Origin: Trypanosoma brucei
Lineage: Eukaryota
Reading direction: 5' to 3'
NCBI GenBank assembly: GCA_000002445.1
Contig: AE017150.2
Location: 608,001 to 672,000, forward strand
Length of the DNA stretch: 64,000 nucleotides
Shown here: positions 61,478-64,000 of the stretch, piece after piece
How positions within the stretch are numbered: the stretch's first letter is position 1
Layout: each line of letters starts with the position of its first letter
Notes under the pieces: generated by a model
The model's database searches: none
The model's input: the letters and a program-made list of their open reading frames with translations, nothing else
What the model was told of the DNA's origin: nothing
Position numbers and translations under genes: made by a program

Positions 61478-63694
61478 TCAAGTGAAATAAGTCGAATCGT
61501 CTCGGTTTAGTAGCGATCGATTTGTCCGGCATAACTTATCACTCCCGTCCAGAAGCTCCCTCGTGCGCTCAAACAGAGCCTGAAGGTTCCGCTCCACTTG
61601 GTTTGTTTGCTGCCATTCTGTCTCCTCTAGAAACTGTAGTTTAAGCTCATTTGTGCCTTCCACAACGGCATTCCGCGCCTCAGGAGAGAGGCGTACGAAC
61701 CGACGAAAGCGCAAAGCGTACGCCACATACTGAAACATCGGGTTATTATTGAGACACTTCGACAGACGTATGGAACACTGAGTAGCGTCACGGAAGAGAC
61801 ACGTAGCCACAAGGTTCTCTTCCTTGTCATCCCCACCTGGAATAAGATATAAAATCGTTCGGTCGTCAAAATGACACCGCACCGTGCCATTCGTTAGTGC
61901 GGCAAACGTACCGATCCCATCGATGGCACTTGTGAGGAACACAACACTTCCAGCGGTAGCCGCAGCATTGATTGCGGGGTCGTCGCTTACCATACGCATT
62001 TGCGTACGGTCGATGGCGGCTTCTGCTGCATCTGAAGGTGATATCGGGCCTATGGTCAACCCAGACGTGGAGCATGCGGTGGCACTTCTAGCAATCCTGT
62101 CGGCCCCGTTTGCAAGAGCAAACCTCAAATCAAAGCCCGCTATTTCGTCAAACATTTCCCGTTGCTTTTCTACACGCGCTGCAGCAATATTCCGTTGTGA
62201 TATTTCAATGCAAGAACCACCCACTTCCGGGAGGTAACGACCACGCTGAGCAACAGCAAATGGCGCCTCTTCCAATACACTACTAAAGTAAAGTAGTGAT
62301 CCTCCAGCCCTTGACATGACAACACCATCGCTGTACTCGCCTTCTGGGACTGGCGGTGATGATGGATCTTCTGGAGGGAGTTGACTGTTTCCATTATTAC
62401 TCAACGGTCCCTCATGTTGCTCCGGAGGAATAACAGGTGGGAGGCCTAATAGTCCATCCGCGCTTTGATGGTACACCTTGTATCCACCACTGCGACGCCA
62501 GTGATGCACGACATAACTTTCACCTATTGGTTCCACCAACGCAACGCTTTCATCTTCTCGTATCATACAAAGTACGGATCCGGCTACGAAATATGGTTCG
62601 CGGGGCCCTGACGTTGCTGATGCGTCAACAGTACGAGTATTCTCCCTATTAACACCACTATTCGGCCAACTTGCTTTACGTCCTTCAGGAAGGCACAATG
62701 AATGTCGCACATCTTTGGTCTCGCAAACACCAAGGCCCCAGTAAATTGCATGCGGTACACGACCCATAGGGTCGGCGTCGTAGCGCCACACAACCCGCTC
62801 TCGCGGATTACGTATCTGTCCATTGCACATGGCATTTTGCATCTGTGGGTTGGCAATGAGTGCGTGTACATGATCATACCGGATGGAAGAGAAACGGCAA
62901 GGTTTATGATCTTGCGCTGTGCGAGGTGTTGTCTCGTAGTACATGCGACACTCTTCATCTTCAGTAGCTAATGCTGCGGCCTCTGCTGGGGTATGATCCG
63001 CTGGTAACTCCTCATCGAACTGGAGGGCAACCTCAAGCATACGAATCCACTCACGTGGCGGGTCAATGAGAGGAAACGTTTGCTCCATCCACACATAATG
63101 AAAGGCCCGTAGACTATCAACGGTCCCTGTGATGAACCCCCGTGAATCAGTGGGGCGAACAAAAATAGACCTTGCTCCGCTCCTCTCCACAGCTGGTGCC
63201 GGCCAACGCACTGAAAAAGTCATTCGTCCACCGTGAAGTGTCAGTGAGACACGTCGCAGTGCACACCACAGTGTGGCTCGCGATCCGCAACGCTCAAATA
63301 GCCTTCGGTCAACAGCTACCACGAGAGAGTCAATGGGGCCTGGGTGCCGCCACACTTCACATGGTGTCACTGTGAGCCCAGAAATGACACGTGGATGAGG
63401 AGAGTAGTAATTATATATCTGCAAAGCCTCACTTACCTTTTTCTCGTACTTTGAGAGAGTGAGGGCAGTAAAATAATAATCACCTCCCTTCCCTTCATCG
63501 CCTGTTTCGCTTATGTCAAGACGGCTGCGTGCCCCCATACTTCCATCAATAGCAACAAACGTTTGCATCTCATCACAGAATGAAAGCACCGTGCCATCCC
63601 CATAGACGAAATCTACCGAACTGTCGGTCCACGCACAGGCTTTTACAACATGATCAGCGACGGAAACCTCATTGTAGAATCTGCGAAGACTCAT
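61478..63694 (-). CDS. Hypothetical protein (738 aa from the first ATG). No family recognised.
   Basis: The ORF-track start at 63703 is GTG (translated MAVM...). The first ATG is codon 4, at 63694. Long ORF on the polycistron strand. Confidence 0.55.
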   Translation of the reverse strand: MSLRRFYNEVSVADHVVKACAWTDSSVDFVYGDGTVLSFCDEMQTFVAIDGSMGARSRLDISETGDEGKGGDYYFTALTLSKYEKKVSEALQIYNYYSPHPRVISGLTVTPCEVWRHPGPIDSLVVAVDRRLFERCGSRATLWCALRRVSLTLHGGRMTFSVRWPAPAVERSGARSIFVRPTDSRGFITGTVDSLRAFHYVWMEQTFPLIDPPREWIRMLEVALQFDEELPADHTPAEAAALATEDEECRMYYETTPRTAQDHKPCRFSSIRYDHVHALIANPQMQNAMCNGQIRNPRERVVWRYDADPMGRVPHAIYWGLGVCETKDVRHSLCLPEGRKASWPNSGVNRENTRTVDASATSGPREPYFVAGSVLCMIREDESVALVEPIGESYVVHHWRRSGGYKVYHQSADGLLGLPPVIPPEQHEGPLSNNGNSQLPPEDPSSPPVPEGEYSDGVVMSRAGGSLLYFSSVLEEAPFAVAQRGRYLPEVGGSCIEISQRNIAAARVEKQREMFDEIAGFDLRFALANGADRIARSATACSTSGLTIGPISPSDAAEAAIDRTQMRMVSDDPAINAAATAGSVVFLTSAIDGIGTFAALTNGTVRCHFDDRTILYLIPGGDDKEENLVATCLFRDATQCSIRLSKCLNNNPMFQYVAYALRFRRFVRLSPEARNAVVEGTNELKLQFLEETEWQQTNQVERNLQALFERTRELLDGSDKLCRTNRSLLNRDDSTYFT

Positions 63695-64000
63695 GACAGC
63701 CACAATTCCTGATTTAAGTAGATATAATCGATATTATTAGTTGCTGATTTTTTTAATTTTTCCTTTACTAAAGAAAGTTAATTTATAGTCCCCACCGTAA
63801 CCGGAGGCGTAGCAGTGGGCACTACAGCTCCACCGTTAGAAGTTGACAGATTCACCTTTTGCTAACAAATAAAGTAGAAGCATAATGGAAGGAGAACATA
63901 CAAGACAGGTAATGGCTTTGAAGAGTTGTTGCATTTAAACAACAATGCGACGTAAACAAGCAAACCACCACGGGCGGGGTTGAACAATATGTGTACAAAC

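Overview
The window looks like a Trypanosoma brucei-type chromosome-internal region. This is inferred from gene content and layout, with no database search. Genes are intronless and packed on one strand per block, long pyrimidine/purine-rich intergenic spacers sit between them, and the leading protein is recognisable as invariant surface glycoprotein ISG65. Bases 1-~9200 are a head-to-tail tandem array with a period of about 3542 bp. It holds three + strand ISG65 genes: two near-identical copies and a third with a diverged ectodomain but homogenised ends. A conserved 125-aa ORF is interleaved in the two complete units. A convergent strand-switch region follows at about 9080-11490 and contains a GC-rich island of about 1.4 kb with no coherent ORF and no RNA gene I could identify. 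Every credible gene from 11489 to the end of the window is on the - strand, forming one long polycistronic unit. Its genes are a PLAC8-family Cys-rich protein, a type-II glycosyltransferase with a DDD motif, a 761-aa multi-pass membrane protein, a 383-aa hypothetical, and two tandem CHAP-domain paralogs. The CHAP paralogs have identical C-terminal halves and diverged, membrane-anchored N-terminal halves. Next is a PWWP protein carrying only a TFIIS N-terminal-type domain, then the PWWP-containing TFIIS paralog with the full C-terminal Zn ribbon, a small tail-anchored protein, a GTPBP1-like GTPase, a 3577-aa BEACH/WD40 giant, a UBC-fold E2 with a C-terminal tail, and two large hypotheticals. 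Several ORF-track 'M' starts are really GTG or TTG, and I re-set those to the first in-frame ATG. The most interesting signals are the membrane-anchored CHAP pair with its gene-conversion tract, the LEDGF-like PWWP plus TFIIS-N-domain protein, a cluster of nested inverted repeats in a 4.7-kb spacer, and the GC-rich island in the strand-switch region.
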